A DNA stretch of 47,198 bases from Chiloscyllium plagiosum (taxonomy: Eukaryota): contig NC_057746.1 of assembly GCF_004010195.1 (NCBI RefSeq), positions 9,437,183-9,484,380 of the forward strand, read 5' to 3'. The notes beneath the pieces were generated by a model. That model was not told the origin of the DNA. It did no database searches and saw nothing but the letters and a program-made list of their open reading frames with translations. Positions 10,975 to 23,569 of this stretch are shown here, one piece after another (positions within the stretch are counted from its first letter, which is position 1; the number at the start of each line of letters is the position of its first letter). Both the position numbers and the translations under genes were made by a program.

Positions 10975-11640
10975 GCTGGCATCCATGTTCGATGGGTAAT
11001 CATGAGAGAAAATTGGATGTTAGCCTTTATTTCAAAGAAAATGGAATATAAAAATAAGGAGGTTTGCTGAAACTGTACAAAACACTAGTCAGATGATAGA
11101 TGGAGTATTGTGAAATGTTTTGTGTCCCTTAACTAAGGAAATCTAACTGTCCTGGCATTGGAGGCAATCCACATAAGGTTCATTCATCTGATACCTGGCA
11201 AGGAGGGTCTGTCTTATGAAGAGAAGTTGAGTAGATTGGGCCTTGAAATATAAAAGAATGAAAGGCTACCTTCTTGAAACAATCAAGATTTTTAGAGAAC
11301 TTGAAAGGGGAGATGTTATTTCCCCTTGTGGGAGAGTCCAAGAGCAGTGGGCATAATCTTAGACTCAGGAGCCACACATTTAATACAGAAATGAGGAGGA
11401 ATCTTTCACAGAGGGTTGTGAATCTGTTGATTTGTTTGCCTCAGAACTGTTGAGGCTGAGTCATGAAGTATATTCAGAGCTGAGGATAGATGAATTTTTA
11501 AATAGTGAGAGAATGGGGAAAATTTTATGGTGAAAAGGCAGGAATGTGGAGTTGAAGATGATCAGATCAACTATGATCTTATTGAATGGCAGAGAAGACT
11601 CAATGACCTATTTCTACTGCTTTGCCATATGGTATTTTAG
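10975..11640 (+). mobile_element. CR1 3' fragment nested in an L2-type 3' end (10870-11800)
   Basis: MLAFISKKMEYKNKEV; tail gatcagatcaactatgatcttattgaatggcaga. Confidence 0.75.
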
Positions 11641-11999
11641 TTCTTCCCGAAGAGAACTGTGGTAGTACTCACACCACATGGACTGCAGGGGTCTCAGAAG
11701 GGGTTGACTAAAACCTTCTCCAAGGCAGGAAGGGATTGCAACAAATGCTGGCCCAGCCAGCCATGTCCACGTCCTGCAAATGAATAGATAAAATAAAAAA
11801 ATCTGAGCCTTACTTCAATTTCCATTCAGGGTGAGAAAGTGTGTGAACCATGAGTAATATCATTGCTGGTTGGTCATACTCTGTCTCTTTTATCTTTGAG
11901 TTTGGAGCTGTGTGAATGCATTCTAAACTCCAACTATCTATAGCAACAAAAGACAAATTGGAAAAGGATGCATTTTGACAGGCCTGCTTCCATTTCCAG

Positions 12000-12095
12000 G
12001 TCCAGCTGCAATCCCCCTTGCATTCCATTGAGGAGAGAAAGAACAGGAAAATTGAATTGAAGCATCAGCAGGAGGAGAAGATTTCAGAACTGGAT
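12000..12095 (+). CDS. TRIM exon 2 (coiled coil)
   Basis: ttccag|GTC..GAT|gtaagt. 96 bp, phase 0/0, VQLQSPLHSIEERKNRKIELKHQQEEKISELD. 96 bp is the typical size of this exon in B30.2 TRIM genes. Confidence 0.92.
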
Positions 12096-12330
12096 GTAAG
12101 TCACTCAGTCTAATGTTTAAACACTGCTGGATGGAAATGAAATTTTTTTTTCAGTGTTAAAGAATTGTGTTGGCTGATTGTTGCACTTGAGAACAATTTT
12201 CATTGTATTCAGTAGAATTGGATTTCAACAGATGGCCAGTAAGATGCCAGGAGTTTTGCATTTCCAACTGGCATTCATGTATCTGTGCCTCTAAAAGAAC
12301 CCACATGTATGTTTTCTCTCACTGACCTAG

Positions 12331-12564
12331 GAACTCACACAATTCCTGGAGCAACACATCTCTGAACAGTTTGCCAAAATTCAACAATATCTTGAAGACA
12401 AAAAGGCATGCTTAATTAGAGAACTCCAAATGCAACGGGAAGATGCTTTTAAATTAATGGACTTAAATTTGGCAGAAATTAACAAAGAATTAAAATCCCT
12501 TGAAGAGGATGTATCGAAACTCCAAGCTGTCATTCACCAGGAAGACAATATCACTTTTCTCAAG
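12331..12564 (+). CDS. TRIM exon 3 (coiled coil)
   Basis: cctag|GAA..AAG|gtatca. 234 bp open frame ELTQFLEQHISEQFAKIQQYLEDKK...DNITFLK. Confidence 0.92.
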
Positions 12565-12929
12565 GTATCAGTTTACAAACCAGAACCATTCCTGTTTCTG
12601 CAGGCACTGTCAATGATCAGTAGGCTCAGGCGATTATGTCAGTGTTAAGGGACAGGGTTTCTGCTTCAGGTTTGAAGGACACTTTACTTTCACAAGGTTC
12701 CAGTACAAATCTGCAGACAATGTTCAAGTGAACTCTATTACAGCCAACTGAATCACGATTTATTAAGCACGAATACTGGGGACAGTACCATGAATACTAA
12801 CAATCATGTTTCAGTCTAAGTGAGCTCCAGCACGTATGGGCCAGGAGTTGATATGATAATACTCCATACCTTTAGTCAACTTGTTATGACAAAGATTGTA
12901 ATACTGATCGAGTCCTGTGACACTGTGAT

Positions 12930-15230
12930 AATAGTGTCATAAAGTTATACCACACGGAAACAAACCCTTTGGTCCAACTTGTCGATGCTGACCAAGTTCC
13001 TCCAACTAAACTAGTCCTATTTGCTGCGTTAGTCCACAATCTTCTAAACCTTACCTACTCATTCATGTTAGCTGTCCAAATGTATTTTCAATGTGGTAAC
13101 TGCACCTGCATCGAACACTTCCTCTGGCAGCTGGTTCCACACGTGAATGAACTTCTGCAAGAAAAGTTGACCCTCCCAATTTAGAGTTCACACTACCTTG
13201 GCTATGAATTTCGGTTGTTTATCTGACTCAATATCAAGAAAAAAATTGTATGAATTGTTTCATACTGGAATTTACTAATTATAGAGTCAAAGAGTCATAT
13301 AGCACGGAAACAGACCCTTCTGTCCAACTTGCCTGCGCCAACCAGATATCCCAGTCTGAAGCAGTTCCATATTCCAGCATTTAGCCCATATCTCTCTTAA
13401 CCCTTATTATTATACCTATATAGTTGCCTTTTAAATGTTGTAATTGTACCTGCCTCCACCACTTCCTCTGTTTGTTTAGCATGCAATAGCAAAATCTGTT
13501 CCATTAAAATATGCAATCATGTGGACATGCAAAATAAGAATGGAAGTTGACTATTTAGCACCTCAAACCTGCTCTGCCACTTAATAAGGTTTGTGTTTCC
13601 TATGTTTAAAAACAAAGTATAATGTTCCTGCCTCTGCTGCATTTTGAAGCATACAGTTCTAAAGTTGCATAACTGTCTGAGAGGTGAAATATTCTCTTCA
13701 CCTCTAACCTGAAAGTTCAACCACTACATTTAAAACAGTGCTCGAAAGTTCTGCACTTAACCTCATGCAGAAACATATTGTTCACTTACACCTTGTTGAG
13801 ATCATTCAAGATCTAATGCACTTTCATCACATCACTCCTCCAAACTCCAGTGGAAACTAGTCCAGCCTCCCCAGCCCGTACTCGTAAGTCAAGCCAGTCA
13901 TTCCAAGTATTAACCTAGTCAACCTCCTGTGAGTCACTTCCAACATGTTTAAATCCTTCCTTGCACAAGAGGACCAAAACTGCACACTGTATTTCCAATG
14001 TTAATTTAGCAAATCTCTGTACAGATGAAACATAACATCCTTACCTTTATGTTCAATCCATATAGTAATAAAGGATAACATCCTGTTAACCATCTTGATT
14101 ACGAACCATACCTACATTCTAGCTTTTTATGATTCATGCAGTACAGCACCTTAATCCCCTGCATCTTGAATTTCCACAATAATTTTCTGCTTAAGAAATA
14201 TTCCTTATTTTCATTCTTCCTGCTAAAGTGGCTGACTTCACACTTTACTGCATCACACTCCATCTGCTGGGTTTTTCACACTCTCAGCATATTTAAATCT
14301 GTCAGCAGTCTCCATATGTCTTCTGCTCAATGTCTTTTCCTACCTAGCCTGGTTTTGTTTGTGAGTTTGGTTACCATGCCTTCACTTCACTCATCTAAGC
14401 CATTGATAAGAGTTATGAACAGTTGATGCCGTGAGTTGGATGAAGACTTATTTGTTTATATATCCACTGCATTTATCTTCATTCTGAAATGTGACACCCA
14501 TAAATTAACATAATACTTGAAATGGGATCTAATTAGCGCCTTTTATAATTGGAATTTCCTTTGGATTGAACTTCTTTGACAGAAAGACCAACATTCTATT
14601 TGTCTTTTAAATCATGTTCTACCCCTCAACTAACTTTTAGTGATTTCTGTGCACTGATCCATAAATCTTTAAGTTATCCACTTCTTAACTTCTCTCAAAT
14701 TCAAAAATACATTTTCTTTTTTGAGACTAAAATGGATTCATTTTTCCGTTACCACGGATTTGGCTACTCACGTGATCTATCAATGTTCCTGTATAATTTC
14801 TTCTTCCATTCATACCATTTCCCACACGTATGTTAATGCCTGCAGCAAGCTTGGATATTGACTCCTTCACCTAAGTTGCTCACATAAACAATAAAAAACT
14901 AAGGACCCAGTTTATACCCAGACAGACAATCACAGGTTAATTCCTGACAGTTTAAAGTTAGCTACATTATCTGTACTAATTAATTCCCAGTTAATCCACA
15001 TTCCATGTCAGTGGGTGCTTTCAATTTCAGTGCAAGCAGTTTTGCTAATAGTGTAGTATGTAGAAACCTTGCAGAATGCCATCAGGGAGTTCAGATAAAC
15101 AACATTCAGAGAGTTGTTGCCAAATATTTTGTAGGTATGTGCCTATAAAGGTTTAGTTAGGTAATCACAACATCACATAACCACATCAAATCCATGCTGG
15201 CTGTCTCTGAACATAAATAAAGTACAAATC
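12930..15230 (-). mobile_element. Several CR1 fragments of different ages in TRIM intron 3
   Basis: acacggaaacaaaccc / gcacggaaacagaccc termini at 12950 and 13300; degenerate RT-like sequence beyond. Confidence 0.6.
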
Positions 15231-15443
15231 AACATTTGTTGTTGTTTGGCAAAGGGGCCAGTACCTGAATGAATAGCAGTATGTTTTATTGTTATAAAGG
15301 AGACAAGTTTACAATTGCCAAAACCATTGAACTAGATTTCACCACGAAGCTCCTGCAGAATGATTGAAGTCCATTGTAAAGTAGGACTTGTGTCATAGAT
15401 GGAACAGCTCAATTCATGTTATTTTTATTTACTTTTTATACAG

Positions 15444-15466
15444 GAAATGAAAAGATTGCCAGAAAG
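15444..15466 (+). CDS. TRIM exon 4 (23-bp microexon)
   Basis: tacag|GAAATGAAAAGATTGCCAGAAAG|gtgcgt. A 23-bp exon is typical of this TRIM class, and its phase 2 end matches the next exon. Confidence 0.88.
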
Positions 15467-15554
15467 GTGCGTATGATTTATACCTACATATTTTCTAAAA
15501 ATGAGCATATAGCATTATTTTGAGAAATTAAACCAAGTTGTCGATCCAATTCAG

Positions 15555-15862
15555 ATACCTTGGGAGTGAAAAGAGTGAAAGTGAAGAAGAGACAAGTGAT
15601 GATGTTGGTGAAGATGACAATAAAAATGAAGGTGACAGTGATGATGATAAAAATGATGATGCAAGTGATGATGACCATGATGATGGTGAAATTAATGATG
15701 ACACTGATGGCGATGAAAATGAGAGAATTGATGAAGCAAGTGATCATGAATCAGATGAAAATGATGAAGACGTGGTGGAGTTTAGTGACCTGATACTGGG
15801 AAAGTTCAGGGGACCTTTGCAATATGCAATATGGAAGGAAATGAAAGAAATCCTCTCTCCAG
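15555..15862 (+). CDS. TRIM exon 5 (linker with long D/E-rich tract)
   Basis: ttcag|A TAC..CCA G|gtaaga. 308 bp, ending in the TRIM linker motif LGKFRGPLQYAIWKEMKEILSP. Confidence 0.9.
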
Positions 15863-16436
15863 GTAAGACATGACCTGCTGTTAACCGCATGGCACTCATT
15901 TGCCCTAATATAAAATGGCTGTCATATGCTTGAATTAGAATGAATAAATGATTTGCTGCTTGTGGTGTCTGTCATTTCAAGATTTAGATTGTGGTTCCAT
16001 TGACTTGAACACAATTGACTATTAGGCAGGGTATATCACTGTTGGTACATGGAGTAAATTTACCTGCTTGGCATCATAGCCTGCCATCCCCACTCCAGGC
16101 TGTTCCAAATTCTAATTTCCAATATCACTTATCCTCAGGAGCTCAAGGTTCAAACAATCTTCATGGAGGAAATTGATGTAAGGTCATTTATTGCAATATT
16201 ATAAATTCAATAAATAAATGAAACAATTTGTCCTCTTGATTGCAAAAGAAACCTGTCTGTGGTGCTGGCATGAATTGGCCATTTGGTATTAGCGCACAAT
16301 TCAGTATTCAGACCGATTGAGGTCAGTTGGTGTCTGTAACAGATCCAACTCCACCTAGTTTACACCAAAATTGAATTCCTACAAAGGGGATTGTAAATAT
16401 CAGGGTTATTTATTTATTTATGGTCATAAAGGTGGA

Positions 16437-17992
16437 GGGTGGAATCTCAGAGCGGGGTGGGGGGTGGGAGGTTACTCAGCACAGTGGGCTATGGTGAGAT
16501 TTGTAGCAGAATCGCGTGAAAGGTCTGGTAAGTTCCAACACCCTGCTGTTGGAATTATCTCACTGCATCTTTTGTGCTTTTCCCAAGCAGTGAAGTTAGG
16601 TTCTCTCTGGGCAGTGGCAAGTGGCAAACTAAGAACAACTAATTGCTTATTGGTCATTTTGTTAACAGTCCAATTCACTGATCTTATCAATCTCCCCAAA
16701 CCAGCTAGACATTCGGAGATTTTGACATGGGAACTAAAGCAGGTATTTGGTGAATGCAGGTTGATCTGAAAGACCCTCCTGTTGGACATGGGCCATGTTC
16801 ACCTCATACTTGCAGACATTGGCATCTGATATGCTGCAGCAAGGACATTGTGTGTTCAACGAGACATCCAGCTCATGGACCAGGCTGTATCTCCAGGCTT
16901 TTCACTCAGTGTCATAGCATCATAGCAGACACTCACTCTGTGCCTCCCTGTGTACTCCCAGCATCCAGCTTTGTATTGCCTCACTTTCCCTTTTTCTGCT
17001 TTGCTCCTCTCCCAAATAAGAAACTCCCTGAGGTCCTGCCCTTCATATTTAGACACAAAGAAGTGAAGCTTATCATGATTGTCAGGAGGCCTCAGTCAAA
17101 GCAAGGGAATAGCCTTTGTTTCAGGGATCTCCTGTCAGCACTAAGTCAAGGGTTACCTCTAATACCAGTCCAGGGGCTTGGAAATGGTCAGTGTCGATGC
17201 AGAGTCAGTATTCGCTCCACCAGCCATATTGGCGGATGTTTTCCTCCTGAGAGAGAGGCACGTATTAAGGGAGGTGACATGTCTGTTACTTTTGGTTTTA
17301 GGTGGGACTGTCCCGAGTGAGTGAGAAGACAGCACAGAGCGCCTGAAAGCTTCAGAGGGTTGGAGTGGATGACAGCCCATGAGAGTTGTTGCAGGCAGTA
17401 GTGAGACTAATCAGGCATCAATTTTGGTGGGAGGTGTGTTTAGTAGCAGAGATTGAGTGAGTATGAGATGTCAGAGAGAAGATGATGGCATTTACACTGG
17501 CAGAATGGACAAGGTCATTGACCTTCTTTCTATACCACTGTGCATTTCTCCAGCCTGGCTGAGATTGCTTTAAATTGAGTGGCATTATCAGACCAGTCTG
17601 GCGCTGGCCTGGTGTTCTGGACTCCATGGCTGGTCCTGGGGAGGACAGTGTCCTATGTGTACACCCCACCTTCCAGCATGACCTTCATGTCCCTGTCTGT
17701 ACAGAGGGGCACCAATTTCCCCTGTTTGTCACATCTGGGGTAAATGTACAGGGCAATTCTGGACTGACAGTGCTTGTCTTGATGCACAATCAGCTTTTAA
17801 TGGTCGCATCATCACCATGGATGCTGTTGAATTCTGGGGCATGTGGTGAGTTGTCTTGGGAACAGCATGGACTGGGAAGAGGCTGGAGTTAGATCTGAGG
17901 GACACTGTAGGGGCAGGGTAGGTCGCTGTTGACAAGAGTTTGGTGAGATATAACAAGAAAACACATTAGGCCTCGCCATGGAAATTCCTGCA
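16437..17992 (-). mobile_element. Probable PIF/Harbinger-derived element with Myb/SANT-like remnant
   Basis: Minus-strand WRNAQWYRKKVNDL (about 17500-17555) resembles the R...QCRKK.NDL helix of Harbinger Myb/SANT proteins. Ends gggtggaatctc / gaaattcctgc are only loosely complementary. Confidence 0.45.
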
Positions 17993-18890
17993 AAAAATTC
18001 AATGTAACTTAAACTTAGTGAAAACATTTGTGATTCAGCTCCAAGGTTATATTACATGAGAGTGATCAATTCTCAGACTATAAATGAATAACCATTGTTT
18101 TTATAAGTTAGCATGTGTAAAACCTTTTGAGTCTAAAAGTTTTGGCCCAGATATTGATAGTACGTAACAACTTGGATGCAGTTCCACTGAATATAGTACT
18201 CCGACATGACACTAACCAATAATATATATTCACAATGACACTAGTTACTTAGAATACCCATGACCCAGAGTCAGTCTCAAGTGGTCAGTCCATAAAAAGA
18301 TATCCTGACACGGTTTCTGACCAACTGACCTAACTGCACACGCTAGCTACAAACATGCAGCATTTACAGTTTCCTTTTTTATACCACTTTGTTTTCTAGC
18401 ACTTTGCCATATAAGGTCAGATCTATTTTTTGGCCGGCGTAAATACTTTTCAGTGACATCACTGTCCTATTTGAAGTCATGTCCAGATGTATTCTCTCTG
18501 GACTCTCCTCATGTTTATCCTTGGCTGTCTGTGGTCTTTATTTTCAACTTTCTTATATTTATATTCACAGAAACAACAGGGCCCAGGTCTTGAACATAGT
18601 GTTTTTTTTTTAATTTGTAGGCTTTTGGCAAAAATCTGCATCTCAGTTCCTCAGGGAGAATACCAATTTCTTCTTTGATGTCCATCCATGAGATAAGCCC
18701 AATACCACAGAACTCCACTGCAATCCTTATGTTCATCAATAGGAAATAAATAAAAGCATGATTCAAAATGATTAATACAATGTGAGAGAAAATAATGCAG
18801 AGCTTTGCTGTGTCTATTTTGTGTGTGTCTATGTGTGTATGGACTTATACATGTATAGCTTTTAACTTGTGTTACTTTATTTCCTCCAAG

Positions 18891-19405
18891 TTCCAGCACC
18901 ACTGCTTTTTGACCCAGACGCAGCACATTCTCAGCTGACCGTGTCTGATGACCAGACTAGCGTAGAACTCGATGACATGAAGGTTGTTAATGAGTCGGAA
19001 TATCTTGATATCCTGGGATCAGAAGGATTTACATTTGGGATACACTACTGGGAGGTGGCAGTGGGAGACATCTCTGACTGGCTTATTGGTGTAGCCACTG
19101 AGTCAGCCACTGAAGAGGAAATGGTGGATATTTTCCCTGAACATGGATATTGGACTCTGTTATTGAGAGATGGAGATGAATATTATGCTAATGAGACTCT
19201 GAAATTGGATGTGAAACCCAGGATCATTGGTATTTACCTGGACTATGAGGGAGGACAGGTGTCATTTTATAATGCTGATGATATGTCTCATCTCTTCACT
19301 TACACTGACACATTCACTGGAAAACTTTTTCCATGTTTTGCTCTTGTTTGCAATGATAATGTTGAAAACAATGAGCCTCTTAGGTTGAACCACTTACTAA
19401 TATGA
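18891..19405 (+). CDS. TRIM exon 6 (PRY/SPRY = B30.2 domain) to stop
   Basis: ccaag|TT CCA. Motifs FDPDAAH, LGSEGF..G.HYWEV, GIYLDYEGGQVSFYN, KLFPCF; TGA at 19403-19405. Spliced CDS is 1593 bp = 530 aa. Confidence 0.95.
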
Positions 19406-19448
19406 GACATTAAGCTATAGAGGTTCATGAGAATAGAACAGAAATGGA

Positions 19449-20477
19449 TGCCCGGATTTTCCACTGCATCAGGCAACCGTTATTACAGTGAAGATGGGGT
19501 ATATCAGACCACACAATTTCCATCATAGCATTCTCTGAAGGAATTGCCTTGTAAATATTTTGTTTGGCAATTCCTCTATGACTGGAATCCTCCAGAAGTC
19601 TGCATTTGGCTTTCAGTTGATCTGATGAAATTAAATAAAGCAAGGACACAGGAAATGTTAGGCTATTAGATATGCAATATAACTCCTGAGTAACTATGAA
19701 AGAGAGCTCAATCTTCACTAAGGTACTGCAACTGCACATTCTCACGGACCCCTTACAACCCCAGACTCAACATCCTCAATCCCCTCCCCGCTAGAATTTG
19801 CCCTTCACCAGACCTGACATTGTCACCCCTCCCCCTGCCAGACCCTCCCCTCCAGCACCCGCAGTCTTTTCTAACCTTCCCTCACTGCCCTGGACCTGAA
19901 CTCCACAAATCTGGCACCAACCCTGCCCAGCCCCTTCCAAACCTGATTTCCCCGCTCATCCTGAGCTACCCTTAAGACTGCATCCCTTATCTTGCACCCT
20001 TGCATCCTAACCACCTGTCAACCCTACCCACTACTGATCTGATATCCTACTCCTGCCAGCTTGCTCTGTGCAAAACTAGTCCCCTACTAACCTGTCACCC
20101 TACTAACCAAGCTCTGTAGTCCCTATTCATCTGGCATTCTGCCCAGGCCCTTTACACCATCCCTAGCTGGCATCCCAATTAAATAGCATCCTACCCACCT
20201 GGCACCTGGCTTACCTGACAGCCTATCCCTCCTACTCATCTGGCTCTGTATCCTTCCAACACCTTAACATCACGCTTGCAGTAGCTGACTGCTATGCCTT
20301 CCTCTGACAGTTGTGCCCCTATGAACTAACATTGGAAACGAAGCAAGGCTCTGCGTTTCTGACAAAGGCCTCAGCAGAATCTCCTGTTGGAAATCCAGAG
20401 CTTCCTTCTTTCATTAAGAAAATAGAATGGGCGGAGTGCGTTCTGTGCGAGATTGCCAATTTCTTGGAAAATCTAAA
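19449..20477. mobile_element. Possible old non-autonomous DNA transposon with C-rich interior
   Basis: gattttcca (19455) / tggaaaatc (20465) inverted ends, plus inner imperfect inverted blocks near 19584 and 20360. Confidence 0.35.
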
Positions 20478-21617
20478 TCTTAATCCTTTTGCAGCAACTC
20501 CTATAATCCCACAAATACAGCAGGGACCTAGAACGCCCAGCGTGCAGCAAGTATGTTCTGTTCAACGTGAATAACAAACTGATAACAGGTAGAAATACTA
20601 TCTGTGTAAATCATTTTCAGGAGAGGGTTTGTCAAACAGTCCTGATGTCTGCCGGAATTTTACTCTTATTCATTTCTCGTAATATTCTTGTGATAGTAAT
20701 TTTCAAGCTTTGACTGTTAAGTGAGGACATGAAATCAATTTTGATTCAGTGACAATAGAGTTACTGGATTAATATTGATATTTTTAATGAAGAAAGATTT
20801 AGTGAATAGACTTCTGTGTATTTTGAAGAGTTTTAATTGCTTGTTTGCAAGTTTGTTCAGCAGAGAGAAACACCTCTGAACAACTTCCTGCTTCAGAAGA
20901 GGAGAATGTGATTTGGAATTGTACAAGTTAGTGATTAGAATTGTCTCTCAGTGAAGTAGGTACAGGCAATAAAATGCTAATGGGAGAGTGGAGAAAGGAA
21001 TCAAACCAGTCTCCAGAAACATTATTGTTGAGGGATATTGGACACAAAATTCATTTAACAACAATTTAAAATAGAATTGCAGTGAAAAATGAAAAGTTTT
21101 CTACTTTGATATGTGGAAGTAATAGGAAGAAAATGTAAAAACCTTGAAGTAACTCTCAAAGTATCTTCAACATGGGCACTGGAACTTGTAAGTTTTCGTT
21201 GTTAGCAATTGTATACCATGTACAATTGTACCACTCCTTCGGTACACATGGCCTAATTGTATGTTTAATTACAATATGCGTCATAAATACATTGTGACAT
21301 TAATATGTTATGAACCTGGCTGATGGAAAATAAATTTAACAGGAGCATACACTGTTCTCCAATTTACATCATTGGGATAATTTAGGTTTTAAGATTGGGG
21401 ATGATGTTTTTGATATTTTGTCTAAATGGAGTGTGTGTGGAATGAATTTGAAGCCCATCTAACCTACACTCTTCCATTTTCATCCATATATTTATTTGTC
21501 TAAGTGTCAATTCAGTCAAATTTCATGCAGGTCAAATTCTCCATGAAGCCTACTGAGTTTTCTCACTCTATCTTAGCAATTCAAATTATCACTATTATGG
21601 CACCCCTCATCGCATAA

Positions 21618-21800
21618 AAATCCCTATAGTGCAGAAGCAGACCTTTCAGCCCATTGAGTCCACACTGACCCTCCAAACCAACCTTATTCCCTTAACCCTG
21701 CATTACCCACTTTACCTGCACATCCCTGTACGCTATGGGCAATTTAGCATGGCCAATCCACCCTAACCTGCACATCTTTGGACTGTGGGTGGAAATCAGA
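21618..21800 (-). mobile_element. HE1/V-SINE 3' part
   Basis: gggcaatttagcatggccaatcca..ctgcacatctttggactgtgg. Confidence 0.8.
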
Positions 21801-22591
21801 GCATCAGGTCAGATACTAGCCCAATTCTGCCAATGGCCATAGATAGAAGAACTCGACAATGCCAGGATATCCCAAATGTACTGGCATACTTTAAAAAGTC
21901 ATTGTGTGTCTTGTCATTTTGGAGCTACCTGGCATCGTTCATGCCATTTGCCCAGGTAAGGGCATTATGGTGCCCTGCTTTCCTGACAGGAACCTGAAGA
22001 TCCTGGTGGACAAGGCAGCATAGAAAAAGGCCATCTTCTTTTTCCCCTGGGACTGGCTGAGGATGCCACCTGTGTTATAGCAGTCTCTGCTGTCTGGAGG
22101 AATGCCCAGCAAAGTATGGAAAAGGTCCATGACATTTTCTGCCCCTCCAGGATAAACGCTACCATCTTCTCTCTGCTACTCATACTCACTGTATCTTTAC
22201 CACTGCCATCTCAATCACCCACCAAAGCTCATACTTGATCACCCTCATTATTGTGTGGAACTTCTTCCCTCATTTGCTCTCGGTAACCTCAGCACCCCTA
22301 CAACACTAACCCTGCATGACCTCCGAATTGCCAGCTCACTGACTCGGGACAACTCATTGCTTTTGACCATCACCTCAACCAGAACTATCAGCTGTGCCGC
22401 CTACTTTCATTTCTCTCTCATTCCGGGAGCAAACAGCCCGCACTGGAGCAGGAAGAGGCAAGACCAGGTGGTGGACTGATGACATTTAGCTCCTCACCCC
22501 TTATACTGACTCTCAGTGTCCTGAGCAATCGGCTGACTGAGGTTATGCCCTTGGATTGGGATTGGAGGTTGCCCCTGATATACTGCTTGGG

Positions 22592-22937
22592 TTACATGGA
22601 GGCTCGGTCATTAGCACTGCTGCCTCACAGCATCAGGGACGTGGGTTCGATTCTACCTTCGGGCAACTGTTTATGTGGAGTTTGCTTATTGTCCCTGTGT
22701 CTGTCTGGGTTTCTGCTGGGTGTTCTGATTTCCTGTCACAGTCTAAAGATATGTAGGCCATGTGGATTGACCATACTAAACTGCTTATTGTGTCCAGGGA
22801 TATGCAGGGGAGGTGCATTAGCTGTAGGAAGATACAGGGTTTCATGGATAGGTTAGGGGAATGAGTTTGAGTGGGGTGTACCTCTTCAGAGAATATCTGT
22901 GGAGTCAGTGAGCTGAATCTTCGCATGATTCTATGAT
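22592..22937 (+). mobile_element. HE1/V-SINE, decayed
   Basis: ttagcactgctgcctcacag..gggttcgattc; tail tgattctatga. Confidence 0.8.
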
Positions 22938-23569
22938 ACTGTACTGGAAAGCCCTGATGGCAGGCTATTTCCCTGGAGTTGACTGGGCACTGCTGACACC
23001 CAGGACATTGTCCATGAGCTCTAAATTGCAAGTCAGGATAGAAGCATTTTGATCCTGGAAACTCTGTCTGAGTGGGTAAATTGCAAGAGGACAGGGTGTA
23101 GCAAGGGAAGGCAGAGAGGAAGCTGCTTGTTCATGGGTTGGTGCGTAATAAACCAGGCCAATAATAAAAAAGAAATATCCTCATTATGCACCTTACCGCT
23201 GACTAGCGAGAATCCAATTCCAATGCCCCTAACTTCCTTGGAAACTGCAGCACATTGTTCCCGTCACTGGGAATGGCATTGGTGGCCTTCTCACAGAATT
23301 CTCTCCGTGTTCAAAGATCTATTTGATTGCACCAATTATTTCCAAAGAACAATAAGCTCACTCCAGAGAAATGAGTAATTGTAATTCATATTTTAGTACA
23401 ATTTGTTTGACAGTAGGCCATCATGATCGCAGGTTGGGGAAATCTTCAGTATCCAATATCCCATCTCCCCTCACAAATGGGTGAAACCTTTGCAGGAAAT
23501 GTGACACCAAAGGCTTTCTTTTACAACATGAAGAATCTGGAGGGTGTTCAATGGCAATTAAAGAGGAGG

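Noticed and set aside
15484-15793. Hydrophobic (Ile-rich, minus) and Met-rich (plus) ORFs
   Set aside because: Alternative frames of the (GAT)n acidic TRIM exon.
16371-17320. 132-aa and 188-aa plus-strand ORFs in the last TRIM intron
   Set aside because: No recognisable domain; they overlap a probable transposon relic and are not needed for the spliced TRIM frame.
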